Source of the DNA: Longimicrobiales bacterium
GTDB lineage: Bacteria; Gemmatimonadota; Gemmatimonadetes; Longimicrobiales; Gaopeijiaceae
Assembly (NCBI GenBank): GCA_965197725.1
Contig: CBDANQ010000012.1
Location: forward strand, 1-34,501
DNA length: 34,501 nt
Direction: 5' to 3'
In this document: piece by piece, positions 17,373-28,980 of the stretch
How the letters are laid out: the number at the start of each line of letters is the position of its first letter
How positions within the stretch are numbered: position 1 is the first letter of the stretch
Made by a program: the position numbers and the translations under genes
Notes under the pieces: model-generated
What the model saw: only the letters and a program-made list of their open reading frames with translations
Databases searched by the model: none
What the model was told of the DNA's origin: nothing

Positions 17373-19442
17373 ATGCGGCGACTCGTCCGTCCGATTCTCC
17401 CTCTTCTGTCTATAGCCGTTCCGGCGGCGCTGACCGCCCAAGCTCTCGACACTGTGCGCGTCGACTCGACCCGGGTGGCACGTCAGTACGATGTGCGCGG
17501 CCTCACGGTGAGCGTGGCGCGACCCGCACTGACCACCGGCAGTTCCAGCGCGGTGGTCGCGCGCATCGATTCGCTTGGCTCGACTCCAGCCCCTTCGATG
17601 GAGGACGTCATACGCGCGATGCCGCTGGTGGTGGTCAGGCGGAACAGCCGTGGCGAAGCGCAGCCCGCCATCCGCGGCTCAGATGAGCGACAGATCGGCG
17701 TCTTTCTGGATGGAGTGCCGCTCACCATCGGGTGGGACCACCGCACCGACATGTCGATCATCCCGCTCACGGCTGCACAGGGGGTGCGTCTCATCCGTGG
17801 CTTGTCCTCGGTGCTGTACGGCCCCAACACGCTCGGTGGTATCATCGAGGTCGACGTCGCGCGTGTGCCGGGCCGACCCGATAGTGTGCACCTGCTCGCG
17901 CTCGGCATGGCGCTCGACGAGACGGGCGGAACAAACGTTTCTGTGAACGCTGCCCGTCTTATCGAACGCGACTTCAGCCAGTGGCTGGTCCGCGCCGGTG
18001 CCGGCTTCGAGGACCGTCCGGGCGTCACGGTTCCCGACGGAGCCCTGGGTGATCCAAGCCTCCGGCCGCAATTTCTGGCCGATGCAGAGAACCTGCGCCT
18101 CAACAGCGACTCCCGGCGGATCGACGGTTTCTTCGCGGCTCGCTATCGCGCGGACGGAGGAGCATGGGCGTCCTTGGTCACGTCGGCGCTCGACGTCGAG
18201 CGCGGCGTGCAACCGGAGGCGCATCAGGACGACCCGCGTCTCTGGCGGTACCCGGAGCAGACCCGGCTCTTCACGGCGTTCTCGATCGGGACGGGCATGC
18301 GTGAGACCGGCAGAGGAGGTCGGGGAGACCTGGAAGCAAGCGTCGGACTCGACCTGGGATCGACCCGCATCGACCAGTACGACAGCGAATTATTCGCGCG
18401 GGTCGTGGGGGGTGAGGACGCCGACGACCGCACCGTGACCGTCCGACTCGAAGGCGATCACACCGCGGGCGAGCATGGAGATATTCGGGCTGCGGCTACC
18501 TACGCGGACGTCTCTCACGATGAGATCCTGACCCCTGGCGGGGCGAACAGCTTTCGACAACGCTTGTGGTCGCTCGCAGCGGAGTCCGAGTGGAGGCTCG
18601 GCGACTCGGGCCGCACCCGTCTTTCGCTGGGGACCGTCGTCGATGGCAGCGACACGCCCGAGAGCGGCGACAAGCCGCCTCTGGAGCGGCTGACCGAGTA
18701 CGGCTTCCGCCTCGGTATGAGCTCACTCGTGAGCGAGGGCCTGCTCTGGCACGGTGGTCTGAGTCGGCGCGCACGCTTCCCGTCGTTGCGCGAGTTGTAT
18801 TCGGGGGCGCTGGGACGTTTCGAGCCGAACCCGGACCTCGCGCCCGAGACACTCGTGGGTGTCGAGGGCGGCTTCACGCTCCAGAGAACGGGGGATATCG
18901 AGTTCCAGGTGGTCGGCTTCTACCAGCGGCTCAACAACGGGATCGTCCGCACCTCGGTGACCGGCGACGACGGCGTGCGTCGCTTCCGGCGCATCAACCG
19001 GGACCAAGTGCGAAGCACGGGTATCGAGCTGCTCGCGATCGGAACCCTCGGCGTGGCGACGGTCTCGAGCGATCTCACGCTCCAGGACGTGAAAGGCATG
19101 GAGGCCGACGGCAGCGAAGTCGAGCTGGAGTACGAGCCCGCGATCACCGGCAAACTCGGTGTCGAAACGCCACTCGGCGCCGGATTTCGGGCCTCAGGTA
19201 GCTTCCGTTTCGTGGGCGGTCAGAGCTGTGAAAACCCCGAGGTCGGAGGCCTGCAACCGCTGGGTGCGAACGCCTCCGCAGACTTCTCGCTCCGAAAGAT
19301 CTTCCGGCTGCGCCGGGCTGGGCAGCTTTCGCGCATCGACGCTTCCGCTTCCCTGCGGAACGCCACCGACGCTACGGTCTACGACCAGTGCGGGCTCCCC
19401 CAACCAGGGCGCACGCTCCGATTCCAGTTCCGCCTCTGGTAG
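17373..19442 (+). CDS. TonB-dependent outer-membrane receptor
   Basis: Signal peptide; plug motifs IRGSDERQIGVFLDGVP and LIRGLSSVLYGPNTLGGII; barrel motif RFPSLRELY...NPDLAPET; C-terminal PGRTLRFQFRLW. Confidence 0.92.
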   Translation: MRRLVRPILPLLSIAVPAALTAQALDTVRVDSTRVARQYDVRGLTVSVARPALTTGSSSAVVARIDSLGSTPAPSMEDVIRAMPLVVVRRNSRGEAQPAIRGSDERQIGVFLDGVPLTIGWDHRTDMSIIPLTAAQGVRLIRGLSSVLYGPNTLGGIIEVDVARVPGRPDSVHLLALGMALDETGGTNVSVNAARLIERDFSQWLVRAGAGFEDRPGVTVPDGALGDPSLRPQFLADAENLRLNSDSRRIDGFFAARYRADGGAWASLVTSALDVERGVQPEAHQDDPRLWRYPEQTRLFTAFSIGTGMRETGRGGRGDLEASVGLDLGSTRIDQYDSELFARVVGGEDADDRTVTVRLEGDHTAGEHGDIRAAATYADVSHDEILTPGGANSFRQRLWSLAAESEWRLGDSGRTRLSLGTVVDGSDTPESGDKPPLERLTEYGFRLGMSSLVSEGLLWHGGLSRRARFPSLRELYSGALGRFEPNPDLAPETLVGVEGGFTLQRTGDIEFQVVGFYQRLNNGIVRTSVTGDDGVRRFRRINRDQVRSTGIELLAIGTLGVATVSSDLTLQDVKGMEADGSEVELEYEPAITGKLGVETPLGAGFRASGSFRFVGGQSCENPEVGGLQPLGANASADFSLRKIFRLRRAGQLSRIDASASLRNATDATVYDQCGLPQPGRTLRFQFRLW

Positions 19443-19490
19443 CTCGGTGTGGGGCACGCTGGCCTTCTTCACAAGTGTTCCTCCAGGCTC

Positions 19491-20417
19491 ATGATTCGCA
19501 TCACCTTCCTGGGTACAGCGGCCGCGCGGCCCACGGTTGGTCGCAATGTCAGCGCGATCGCGATCCAGAGGGAGGGGGACCAGTTCCTCTTCGATTGTGG
19601 TGAGGGCACGCAGCGCCAGATGATGCGGTACGGAACAGGCTTCGCGGTGCAGGCGATCTTCGTGACGCATCTGCACGCGGATCACTTCCTCGGCGTTACG
19701 GGCCTGCTCCGCACGCTGGCCTTGCAGGGACGCACCGAGGGCATCGCACTCTATGGACCGGGGGGGTCGAGCAACTGGCTTCGCAAGACCGTAAACCTCG
19801 GCGTGGACCGCATCCCGTTCCCGGTCGACGTCATCGAGGCACAGCCAGGCGAGGGCTTCGAGGGTGGCGAATACCGCATCGAAGCCTTCCCGGTCGAGCA
19901 CGGCAATTCGGCTGTGGGGTGGGCGCTCGTCGAAAAAGACCGGCTCGGTCGCTTCGATGTGGACCGAGTCCACGAGCTGGGGGTGCCCGAAGGACCGCTC
20001 TTCGGGCAGCTCCATCGGGGCGAGGATGTCGAGGTGAACGGTCGCGTGATCCGCGCCGCCGAGCTGGTCGGGAAACCGCGCCCGGGACGCACTGTCGTCT
20101 ACACGGGGGATACCCGTCCCGCGGACAGCACCATCCAGTGCGCGAAAGGAGCCGACGTGCTCATCCACGAGGCGACGTTCGGCGAAGAGGAGCGGGAACG
20201 CGCGCGCGAGACGCATCACAGCACAGCGGCGGGTGCGGCGGGCGTAGCTAGAGAGGCAGGCGTGCTCCGGCTCTTCCTCACACACCTCTCGGCTCGGTAC
20301 TCGGAAGACCCCACACCGCTGCGAGACGAGGCTCGGTCCGTCTTCCAAGCCTCGAAGGTGGCGTACGACGGTCTCTCGTTCGAAGTGTCCCACCGCGGCG
20401 AGGCCGAAGGTGTCTGA
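19491..20417 (+). CDS. rnz: Ribonuclease Z
   Basis: [38 protein letters not shown] exosite, YTGDTRP, IHEATF, HST, THLSARY. Confidence 0.95.
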   Translation: MIRITFLGTAAARPTVGRNVSAIAIQREGDQFLFDCGEGTQRQMMRYGTGFAVQAIFVTHLHADHFLGVTGLLRTLALQGRTEGIALYGPGGSSNWLRKTVNLGVDRIPFPVDVIEAQPGEGFEGGEYRIEAFPVEHGNSAVGWALVEKDRLGRFDVDRVHELGVPEGPLFGQLHRGEDVEVNGRVIRAAELVGKPRPGRTVVYTGDTRPADSTIQCAKGADVLIHEATFGEEERERARETHHSTAAGAAGVAREAGVLRLFLTHLSARYSEDPTPLRDEARSVFQASKVAYDGLSFEVSHRGEAEGV

Positions 20418-21258
20418 GGCAGCCCCGTTTCAGCGGATCGCGGTGATCGGTCTGGGCGTCATGGGTGGGTCGTTCGCCCGGGCGCTCACCGGGACAGCCG
20501 CAGCTCCAGAGGTGCGAGGGTGGTCCCGCGACGCGGACGAGCGCCGTGCCGCGCTGTACGCCGGGGCAGTGATGGCCGCACCGAAAAACTTGAAGGAAGC
20601 CCTGCAGGACACCGATCTGGTGGTGCTTGCGACCCCGCTGCAAGCCGCGTGTCGCTTGATCTCGGACATCGCGGCCGATCCGCTCCGCCGGGACGCGACG
20701 ATCATGGACGTCTCGGGACTGAAGACGCCGGTTGCGCTCGCAGCGGCGGAGGCCGGCGTGGGCAGTCGATTCGTGGGCGCACACCCCATGGCCGGGAGCG
20801 AGGCGTCGGGTTTTCTCGCTTCCCGGCCGGACCTCTTCGACGGCGTGCTCGTCTGGATCGTCGCGGAGCCCAAGGCCAGCGCTCACACCGAGAAGGTAGA
20901 GGCGCTGTGGCGTTCCTTGGGCGCGAAGCCCGTGCGGACTTCGGCAGCAATCCACGATCGCCTCATGTCGCTGGTTAGCCACCTGCCTCAGCTGACCGCG
21001 AACAGCCTCGCCGCCGCGCTCGACAATGCGGGTATCAACCCTGACGACCTCGGGCCTGGCGGGCGCGACATGACACGGCTCGCCGCCAGCAACCCCGAGA
21101 TGTGGGCAGGGTTGCTCGAAGGCGCCCACCCGGATCTCATACGAGCCCTTCGAACGATGGCCGGGAGCTTTCGGAGCATGGCGGACGACCTCGAGGGCGG
21201 GGACGTCGAGGCCATCGTGTCCCTGATGGAGAAGACGCGAATCTGGAGGGGCGCTTGA
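20410..21258 (+). CDS. tyrA: Prephenate/arogenate dehydrogenase
   Basis: GLGVMGGS Rossmann motif, [43 protein letters not shown]. Confidence 0.9.
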   Translation: MSEAAPFQRIAVIGLGVMGGSFARALTGTAAAPEVRGWSRDADERRAALYAGAVMAAPKNLKEALQDTDLVVLATPLQAACRLISDIAADPLRRDATIMDVSGLKTPVALAAAEAGVGSRFVGAHPMAGSEASGFLASRPDLFDGVLVWIVAEPKASAHTEKVEALWRSLGAKPVRTSAAIHDRLMSLVSHLPQLTANSLAAALDNAGINPDDLGPGGRDMTRLAASNPEMWAGLLEGAHPDLIRALRTMAGSFRSMADDLEGGDVEAIVSLMEKTRIWRGA

Positions 21259-22547
21259 GAGTCCACGTCCCGGGAGACAAGTCGCTCACGCAACGCGCTC
21301 TGATACTGTCCGCTCTGGCGGAGGGAGAGAGCCGGATCAGCGGGCTCTTGTGGGGAGGAGATGCTGAATCGACCGCGAACGCGCTGCGCGCGCTCGGCGC
21401 CGGGATCCCCCAGATCCCCTCGGACCGGAGCGAGATCACGGTACAGGGCGTCGGCCTCGAGGGTCTGCGGAGTCCGGGATCGGAGCTCGACCTCGGTAAC
21501 AGCGGCACAGGCGCCAGACTGCTCCTGGGCGTCCTGTCGGGCAGCGGGGTCGAAGCAACCATGACAGGCGATGAATCCCTGCGCTCCCGTCCCATGCTCC
21601 GGGTAACGGAGCCGCTGAGCGCCATGGGCGCAGGCTTCGACTTCGTGGTCGAAGCAGGGCGGCTTCCCGTCCACCTGCGCGGCAAGCGACCTCTCGAGGG
21701 GATCGATTGGTCGACACCGGTCGCGAGCGCGCAGGTGAAGTCTTCGATCTTGTTGGCAGGACTCACCGGGGGCGCGTTCGCCCTCATCACTGAGCCCGAG
21801 AGGTCGCGGGACCATACGGAGAGGCTCTTCCATCAGGTGGGTGTATCGACCCAGAGCCACGCAGTCGCAGAGGGATGGCGAGTCGAGCTTCGGGATCCGC
21901 CCAGTCGAATCTCCGAGCTCGACTTTCGCGTGCCCGGGGACATCAGTTCGGCGGCGTTCCTGTTGGCGCTCACCGCGCTCGGGGGTACCGCCGGTTCGAT
22001 CGAGATCGTCGGCGTGGGCCTGAATCCCACGCGCACAGCATTCCTGGACGTGCTTCAGCGCATGGGCGCAGAGATCACGATCGAGACGGACGGCGACGAC
22101 GAGAACCGTGAAGCGAGCGGGACTGTCTCGGCCAGGGTGTCGTCGCTGACGGGAACGCAGGTCGGCACCGCCGAGGTACCTCGCATGATCGACGAGCTGC
22201 CGCTGGTCGCCATCCTCGGATCCCGCGCCCACGGTGAGACCAGCATTCGCGGCGCTCATGAGCTGCGCTCGAAGGAGAGCGATCGAATCGATGCAGTGGT
22301 TCGGAATCTTCGCGCTCTCGGGGTGGACGTCGATGAGCACGAGGACGGCCTCACGGTGCTCGGCTCCGAGCAGCCCCTGGAAGGCAGGGTTCGAGCCTTC
22401 GGCGATCACCGCATCGCGATGGCCTTCGGCGTCTTGGGTGCCGCGCCCGGCAACCACATCGAAGTCGACGACCCCCAGGCCTCTGGCGTGAGCTTCCCGG
22501 ACTTCTGGGAACTGTTGCGCGACCTTGGTGCGGGAGCCGCAGCATGA
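21255..22547 (+). CDS. aroA: 3-phosphoshikimate 1-carboxyvinyltransferase (EPSP synthase)
   Basis: TTG start overlapping the tyrA stop; VPGDKSLTQRA, LGNSGTGARL, SAQVKS, SRDHTER, IDELP, ELRSKESDRI, GDHRIAMAF. Confidence 0.95.
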   Translation: MRVHVPGDKSLTQRALILSALAEGESRISGLLWGGDAESTANALRALGAGIPQIPSDRSEITVQGVGLEGLRSPGSELDLGNSGTGARLLLGVLSGSGVEATMTGDESLRSRPMLRVTEPLSAMGAGFDFVVEAGRLPVHLRGKRPLEGIDWSTPVASAQVKSSILLAGLTGGAFALITEPERSRDHTERLFHQVGVSTQSHAVAEGWRVELRDPPSRISELDFRVPGDISSAAFLLALTALGGTAGSIEIVGVGLNPTRTAFLDVLQRMGAEITIETDGDDENREASGTVSARVSSLTGTQVGTAEVPRMIDELPLVAILGSRAHGETSIRGAHELRSKESDRIDAVVRNLRALGVDVDEHEDGLTVLGSEQPLEGRVRAFGDHRIAMAFGVLGAAPGNHIEVDDPQASGVSFPDFWELLRDLGAGAAA

Positions 22548-23251
22548 CCGCTGGTACGCTACGCGCAGCATCAGAGGGGCCAGTCGTCACGCTCGACGGT
22601 CCGGCAGGCTCCGGAAAGTCGAGTACGTCAAAGGCGGTCGCCCGGGTGCTCGGGTACCGCCATTTGGATTCGGGTGCGCTCTACCGCGCGCTCACGCTCG
22701 CGCTGCTACAGGCGGGAATCGACGCCGACCGGTGGCCCGGGATCTCGGAAGAATTCCTCCTGGCTCTAGACGTCGACATGCGTCCGACGGACGAGGGCTT
22801 CGCGGTTTGGGTAGGCGGCGCTCAGGTCGACGCGGAGTTGAGGACCCAGGAGGTCACGGATCACGTCTCCCACTTGGCTCATCTCCCGGCGGTGCGTCGC
22901 AGTCTGCTCGATCTCCAGCGACGCGCCGGCTTGAGAGGGCGGTTGGTCGCAGACGGCCGCGACATGGGGACCGTCGTGTTTCCGTACGCGGAGGTTAAGG
23001 TGTACTTGGTCGCGGACGTGGAGGAGCGCGCGCGTCGGCGGCTGTTGCAGCAGGGAGGCCCCGAGAGCGACGAATCCGAGCTCGCCCTCCAGATCGAGAC
23101 GATCGCCGAGCGGGACCGTCACGACTCGGAGCGAGACATCTCACCCCTCCGGAAAGCTCCCGACGCCCACGAGATCGATACCACGGGGCTCGACTTCCAG
23201 GACCAGGTCGATGCCGTGGTCGCGCGGGTTCGTCGGTTGACGCTTTCCTAG
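22544..23251 (+). CDS. cmk: Cytidylate kinase
   Basis: LDGPAGSGKS, LDSGALYRA, ADGRDMGTVVFP, ERDRHDSER. Confidence 0.95.
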   Translation: MTAGTLRAASEGPVVTLDGPAGSGKSSTSKAVARVLGYRHLDSGALYRALTLALLQAGIDADRWPGISEEFLLALDVDMRPTDEGFAVWVGGAQVDAELRTQEVTDHVSHLAHLPAVRRSLLDLQRRAGLRGRLVADGRDMGTVVFPYAEVKVYLVADVEERARRRLLQQGGPESDESELALQIETIAERDRHDSERDISPLRKAPDAHEIDTTGLDFQDQVDAVVARVRRLTLS

Positions 23252-23353
23252 GCCCTCCCTAGGTTTTCGTCCCGACTCTCTATCCATCTCAACCCGGGTT
23301 CGTCCCCCGAACACCGGCAAGTGACTCGCACACTCTGTGCGAGAAGCGAGTAG

Positions 23354-25414
23354 ATGATCATGACCGATTCCGAGAACCCCAACCCCGAAGAGATCGATCT
23401 CCCCGAAGGCGAGGAGATCATCGTCGACGCCCTCACTGGTGAAGTGACGACCCTCTCCGCGGAAGAGATCGCCTCCGCAGAGGCCGCCGAGCAGGCGGTG
23501 GCCGCCGCCGCCGTCGTCGCAGTCGCCGACGTGCCCGACGGCATCTCTCCCGAGCTCAGTTACGATCCGTTCGGCGAAGAGCCGCTGTCGACCTCGAAGG
23601 AAGAGTTCGAATCGCTTCTGTCGCAGTTCAGCTCCGACTTCCAGGAGTTTCGCGAAGGCGAGATCGTCAAAGCGCGGGTCCTCAGTCTCACCGATACCGC
23701 GGTCATTCTCGAGTTCGGCTTCAAGAGCGAGGGCTCCGTAGCGCTCGACGAGTTCAAGGACGCGCCCGAGGTCGGTTCTGAGGTCGAGGTGCTGCTCGAG
23801 AGCCTCGAGGACGACGACGGAGTCGTGGTGCTTTCCAAGAAGAAGGCCGACTTCCTCCGAGTCTGGGAGAAGATCCGCGAAGCCCACGATGCGGACCGCC
23901 CGGTCAAGGGCACGCTGGTCCGCAAGATCAAGGGTGGCGTGACCGTCGACCTCATGGGCGTCGACGCCTTCCTGCCGGGTTCGCAGATCGCGCTGCGACG
24001 GGTCCCGAACATCGAGGACCTCATCGGCGAGGTCTACAAGTTCAAGATCATCAAGCTCAACAAGCGCCGGCGGAACATCGTCGTTTCGCGCCGCGTGATT
24101 CTCGAGGCCGAGCGCCAGACCAAGCGCGAGACCCTCGTAAAGGAGCTTCTGGTCGGGCAAGTGCGCGAAGGCCAGGTCAAGAACATCACGGACTTCGGTG
24201 CGTTCATCGACCTGGGCGGACTCGACGGCCTTCTCCACATCACCGACATGTCGTGGGGCCGCGTCGGGCACCCGTCCGAGATGGTTGATATCGGTGCCGC
24301 AATCGACGTCAAGGTTCTCGACATCGATTGGAACCGCGAACGCATCTCGCTCGGACTCAAGCAACTCCTACCGTACCCGTGGACGGACATAGATAAGAAG
24401 TACCCGGTCGGTTCGCGCGTCCGCGGCAAGGTCGTTTCGATCACCAACTACGGCGCTTTCATCGAGCTGGAGAAGGGCGTGGAGGGGCTCGTGCACATCT
24501 CGGAGATGTCGTGGACGCGCAATGTCCGGCATCCGTCGAAAGTCGTCTCGATCGCGGAAGAGATCGAGGTCGTAGTGCTCAAGGTCGATCCGAACGACGA
24601 GAAGATCTCGCTCGGCATAAAGCAGATCGAGGAAGATCCGTGGCTCGCGCTGCCGGCGAAGTACCCGACGGGTATGAAGCTGGCCGGTACGGTCCGGAAC
24701 CTGACCTCGTTCGGTGCCTTCGTAGAGATCGAGCCGGGGATCGACGGTCTCGTTCACGTTTCCGACATGAGCTGGACCAAGCGGATCGAGCACCCGTCCG
24801 AAGTCGTGCAAAAGGGCCAGGAGATCGCCGTACTGGTCCTGGACGTGGACGCCGAAAACAAGCGGATCTCGCTGGGCGTGAAACAGCTCACCGACGACCC
24901 GTGGCCGAAGATCTCCGAGAGGCTCGCCCCGGGTGTCGAGCTCGAGGGGCACGTGGTTCGGGTTCAGGAGAAGGGCGTCGTCGTCAGCCTCGGCGACGAC
25001 GTCGAAGGCTGTGTCCCCGTGTCGCACTCCGGCATCGAGGACGCCGAGAAGCTCGAGGAGTACTACGGTCCGAATGACGCCGTCAGCCTGCGCGTACTCG
25101 AGTCGGACGCCGCGAACCGCCGCATCGTACTGGAGGTGACGGACACGCCGGACCGGAAGCCTCAGGAGGAGATCGAAGCCGCCCGTGCTGCCGCGGCGGC
25201 TGAGGCGGCCGCCAAGGCCCAGGCCGAAGGCGGTCCGGATGATGAGGAAGAGCGCGAGGTGCGCCGGAAGGTACGAGACCCGTCTGCCGATGAGGATGAG
25301 GCCGCCGACTCGGAAGCCGGATCGTCGCCCCGCCCGGTTGACGCCGCGGAGGTCCAATCACAGGAAGCACCTGAAGCTGAAGCCGAGGGGGCCGAAGGGG
25401 AAAAGGAGAAATAG
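23354..25414 (+). CDS. rpsA: 30S ribosomal protein S1 (six S1 domains, acidic extensions)
   Basis: AFLPGSQI, VKNITDFGAFIDLGGLDGLLHITDMSW, EGLVHISEMSW, DGLVHVSDMSW; cmk-rpsA order. The start could be 23354 or 23360. Confidence 0.97.
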   Translation: MIMTDSENPNPEEIDLPEGEEIIVDALTGEVTTLSAEEIASAEAAEQAVAAAAVVAVADVPDGISPELSYDPFGEEPLSTSKEEFESLLSQFSSDFQEFREGEIVKARVLSLTDTAVILEFGFKSEGSVALDEFKDAPEVGSEVEVLLESLEDDDGVVVLSKKKADFLRVWEKIREAHDADRPVKGTLVRKIKGGVTVDLMGVDAFLPGSQIALRRVPNIEDLIGEVYKFKIIKLNKRRRNIVVSRRVILEAERQTKRETLVKELLVGQVREGQVKNITDFGAFIDLGGLDGLLHITDMSWGRVGHPSEMVDIGAAIDVKVLDIDWNRERISLGLKQLLPYPWTDIDKKYPVGSRVRGKVVSITNYGAFIELEKGVEGLVHISEMSWTRNVRHPSKVVSIAEEIEVVVLKVDPNDEKISLGIKQIEEDPWLALPAKYPTGMKLAGTVRNLTSFGAFVEIEPGIDGLVHVSDMSWTKRIEHPSEVVQKGQEIAVLVLDVDAENKRISLGVKQLTDDPWPKISERLAPGVELEGHVVRVQEKGVVVSLGDDVEGCVPVSHSGIEDAEKLEEYYGPNDAVSLRVLESDAANRRIVLEVTDTPDRKPQEEIEAARAAAAAEAAAKAQAEGGPDDEEEREVRRKVRDPSADEDEAADSEAGSSPRPVDAAEVQSQEAPEAEAEGAEGEKEK

Positions 25415-25451
25415 GGATGGGCCCCGAAGGGCTTTACCGCCCACTCATGCG

Positions 25452-27317
25452 ATGACGGGATACGGCCGTAGTGCCCGGACGCGGCTCGTGTCCGGGCGCT
25501 ACGTCGTAGTGGCGCTGCTTCTTGACGCCTGTCAGCTCGCCGCGCCGGAGCCGAGTGCTCCGCCGCCCGACCTGGGTCCTGCCGACCCGGTCATTGAGGC
25601 GGGCCCCATCTCCGCAGGGGCGGAGGCGCGGGCGGCACAACTCTTCGTCCGCGCGGAAGAGGCCATGCAGGCTGAGCGCTGGGACGAGGCACGGCAGATC
25701 ACAGCCGAGATCGTGACCCGGTACCCTACGGCTCCCGTCTCGGGGCGCGCGCTGCTGCTGAATGCTCGCGCCGCTCGGGACGCTGGGGACGCAACAGCCG
25801 CCGACACAGCGGCACAACGGTACCTGGAGTTGTTGCCGCCCGAAGATCCACGTGTCGCGTCGGTTCGACTACTTCAGGCGGAGGCGTTCACCGACGACGC
25901 ACCGGCGCGGATGGACCGTCTCATGCGAATCCCAGTGGGTGCGCCGCCAAGCGACCTCGCTCGGGCCGGGTTGTTGGCGCGTGGCGCCGCAGACTTGCTC
26001 GGCCCCGAGGAGTTGGAGGCGGCTCGTTCGAACGCGCCTGCGGACGCGGCCCTCTCCTGGGTACTGGATGTGCGCGCGGCCACAGCGGCGCTCGAAGCTG
26101 GTGATGTGCGTGTGGCGAGCCAATTGGCACAGCGCGCGCTGGACTCCGGGGCCACCGGACCCGACCAGGCTGTCGCGCGGGGTCTGCTCCGCGGGAAGCT
26201 GCCGGCGGGCCGTGTGCGCTTGACCCCCCTGACCATCGCGACCGTGTTGCCGATGGGCGGACCACCCGCGCTCGCGGACTTCGCGGCGCTCGTGGCCGAG
26301 GGCATCGAAGTGGCCGCCTCCGAGGTCTTGGGGGACCGCTTCGACGTGACCATCACCGCGCGCGACGACCAGGCAGACCCTACGCTGACCGCCGCGCTCG
26401 TCGCCCAGCTCGAAGGCGAGTCGGTCTCCGGAGTGATCGGATTCCTGGAGGACGCCTCGCTGGAAGCTGCCGGCCAGGCACGCGGCCGGGGTCTCCCGCT
26501 CGTTTCGCCAACTGCGCGCAGCGCTTCCCGCGGCGGCGGCGGTGTTTACTCCCTCGAGGGCCCTGATCCGCAGGCCGCCGCTTCGGTGGCCCAGTACGCG
26601 GCGTATCAAGGATACCTGCGCGTCTCCATCGTGCATTCCCAGGTCCCAGAGTCGGTGGAAGAGGCGGACGCTTTCGAGCGTGCGATGGAGGGCCTGGGGA
26701 TTCCTGTGGTGGGGCGATACGCCTACGAGGAGGGTGCAACGTTCTTCGGGGAACAGATCATCGGCGCCCAGAACGCCCTGCGACAAGCGGAAATCGCGGC
26801 CTTGGAGCTGGGTGAGAACGATACGCTGCACGTGGAGTTGCTCGAACCCGTCGCGCTCTTCCTGCCGATTCCACCGGAGGACGTGGAGTTCGTCGCGCCT
26901 CAGATCACCCACTACGGCCTCGATACGCTCGCGATCGACATCCTCGGTACTTCCGCATGGACAGACCCTCGCGTCCTCGCGGAAATCGACACTCGACATA
27001 CGACGGGCGTGGTCGCGACGGCCGCGGTAGGCCACGAACTCGGCTCACACGGCAGGATGGCGTTTCAAGACGCCTACGAGCGCCACTTTCAGCGAAGCCT
27101 GGTGAGCCCGGTGCCGGCCCTCGGATACGACGCGGCGTTGCTCTTGCTCGAGGCGCTGCGAGAGAGACCGAGAACCTCCGCCCAGGTTCGTGACGCCGTG
27201 GAAGCCTTGCGTGACGTAGAGGGCGCGACCGGCATATTCTCCGTCGTCGGTGGGCGGGTGGTCCGCCGCACCGAGCTCGTGTACATCGACAACGGCACTT
27301 TGGTGCCCATCGGCTAG
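25452..27317 (+). CDS. LpoA/LppC-like lipoprotein: N-terminal helical/TPR-like region plus periplasmic-binding-protein type I domain
   Basis: Hydrophobic leader ending LLLDAC; TPR-like AAQLFVRAEEAMQAERWDEARQ..IVTRYP; C-terminal IATVLPMGG...ALGYDAALLLLEAL...GATGIFSV. Start uncertain. Confidence 0.7.
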   Translation: MTGYGRSARTRLVSGRYVVVALLLDACQLAAPEPSAPPPDLGPADPVIEAGPISAGAEARAAQLFVRAEEAMQAERWDEARQITAEIVTRYPTAPVSGRALLLNARAARDAGDATAADTAAQRYLELLPPEDPRVASVRLLQAEAFTDDAPARMDRLMRIPVGAPPSDLARAGLLARGAADLLGPEELEAARSNAPADAALSWVLDVRAATAALEAGDVRVASQLAQRALDSGATGPDQAVARGLLRGKLPAGRVRLTPLTIATVLPMGGPPALADFAALVAEGIEVAASEVLGDRFDVTITARDDQADPTLTAALVAQLEGESVSGVIGFLEDASLEAAGQARGRGLPLVSPTARSASRGGGGVYSLEGPDPQAAASVAQYAAYQGYLRVSIVHSQVPESVEEADAFERAMEGLGIPVVGRYAYEEGATFFGEQIIGAQNALRQAEIAALELGENDTLHVELLEPVALFLPIPPEDVEFVAPQITHYGLDTLAIDILGTSAWTDPRVLAEIDTRHTTGVVATAAVGHELGSHGRMAFQDAYERHFQRSLVSPVPALGYDAALLLLEALRERPRTSAQVRDAVEALRDVEGATGIFSVVGGRVVRRTELVYIDNGTLVPIG

Positions 27318-27336
27318 CCACCTCCTTAGCTAACTC

Positions 27337-28887
27337 ATGTCCATCCACGACAAGCTTTCTCGCCTCGAAGAACTGCGCCGTGCCGCCATAGAGGGCGGGG
27401 GAAGCGAGCGGATCCAGACCCAGCACGATCGTGGCAAGCTGTCGGCGCGGGAGCGGCTCGACCTGCTCATGGACGAGGGCTCGTTCGTCGAGCTGGACCG
27501 CTTCGTCACCCACCGGTCCACCGACTTCGGACTAGCCGACAAGAAAATCCTCGGCGACGGGGTCGTGACCGGGTACGGCACCATCCACGGTCGCCTGGTC
27601 TATGTCTTCAGCCAGGACTTCACCGTCTTCGGAGGTTCGCTGTCCGAGGCGCACGCCGAGAAGATCGTGAAGCTGCAGGACATGGCGCTGAAGAACGGCG
27701 CTCCGCTCGTCGGCTTGAACGACTCGGGCGGGGCCCGGATCCAGGAAGGCGTGGCGAGCCTCGGAGGCTACGCGGACATCTTCCTGCGCAATACGCTGGC
27801 CTCGGGCGTGGTCCCGCAGATCAGCGTCATTCTGGGGCCGTGCGCGGGTGGAGCGGTCTATTCCCCAGCGATCACCGACTTCGTCTACATGGTCCGTGGA
27901 TCTAGCTACATGTTCGTCACCGGCCCGAACGTGGTGAAGACCGTCACGCACGAAGACGTCGATTTGGAAGGATTGGGTGGCGCCGAGGTGCACTCGTGCA
28001 AGTCCGGGGTCGCCCATTTCGCGTGCGACTCGGAACCAGAATGCCTGGCGGCGGTCCGGGAGCTCCTGCTTTACCTCCCTCAGAACAACACCGAGCTCTC
28101 GGCAGCCCTCGAGTCGTCCGACCCACACGACCGCCAAGATGATGAATTACTCGAGGTAGTACCGGATAACCCCAGTAAGCCCTACGACATGCGTGACGTC
28201 ATCACTCGCGTCGTAGATGACGGTGCCTTTCTCGAGGTACATCAGTGGTTCGCGCAAAATATACTGGTGGGATTCGCCCGTCTCGGGGGGTGTGCGGTCG
28301 GGATCGTGGCGAATCAGCCCTCCTTTCTCGCGGGCGTGCTCGACATCGACTCTTCGGACAAGGGTGCCCGCTTCGTGCGCTTCTGCGACAGCTTTAACAT
28401 TCCGCTCGTAGTGCTCGAGGATGTGCCGGGATTCCTACCGGGCGTGGCTCAGGAGCACGGCGGGATCATCCGCCACGGGGCGAAGCTGCTCTACGCCTTT
28501 GCAGAGGCGACCGTACCCAAGGTGACCGTGATCACGCGCAAGGCGTACGGCGGAGCGTACGACGTCATGAGCTCCAAACACATTCGGGGCGATGTGAACC
28601 TGGCATGGCCGCAGGCCGAGATCGCGGTGATGGGGCCCAAGGGCGCGGTCGAAGTTCTTTTCCGAAAGGAGATCGCCGGCGCCGACGACCCACAGGAGGT
28701 CATCGCCGCGCGCATCGAGGAGTACCGCGAGAAGTTCGCACACCCGTACATCGCGGCCGCGCGCGGGTACGTGGACGACGTCATCGACCCTCGAGAGACC
28801 CGACCGCGCCTCATCAATGCACTCGACATGCTCCGGAACAAGCGCGACGAGAACCCTACACGAAAGCACGGCAACATCCCACTCTAG
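27337..28887 (+). CDS. pccB: Propionyl-CoA/acyl-CoA carboxylase carboxyltransferase (beta) subunit
   Basis: [54 protein letters not shown]. Confidence 0.9.
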   Translation: MSIHDKLSRLEELRRAAIEGGGSERIQTQHDRGKLSARERLDLLMDEGSFVELDRFVTHRSTDFGLADKKILGDGVVTGYGTIHGRLVYVFSQDFTVFGGSLSEAHAEKIVKLQDMALKNGAPLVGLNDSGGARIQEGVASLGGYADIFLRNTLASGVVPQISVILGPCAGGAVYSPAITDFVYMVRGSSYMFVTGPNVVKTVTHEDVDLEGLGGAEVHSCKSGVAHFACDSEPECLAAVRELLLYLPQNNTELSAALESSDPHDRQDDELLEVVPDNPSKPYDMRDVITRVVDDGAFLEVHQWFAQNILVGFARLGGCAVGIVANQPSFLAGVLDIDSSDKGARFVRFCDSFNIPLVVLEDVPGFLPGVAQEHGGIIRHGAKLLYAFAEATVPKVTVITRKAYGGAYDVMSSKHIRGDVNLAWPQAEIAVMGPKGAVEVLFRKEIAGADDPQEVIAARIEEYREKFAHPYIAAARGYVDDVIDPRETRPRLINALDMLRNKRDENPTRKHGNIPL

Positions 28888-28980
28888 CGGCAACCCCCCG
28901 GACAACCCTCCCCAACGCCCGCGCATCCCAACCGGTAGCAAGTCGGAAGGGAGAAATTCCACCCCACGGAGGGACGATTC

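Noticed and set aside
19194..27035. Long antisense ORFs (e.g. 19194-20393, 20988-22571, 23141-24364, 25869-27035)
   Set aside because: Shadow frames of well-supported + strand genes, typical of high-GC DNA.
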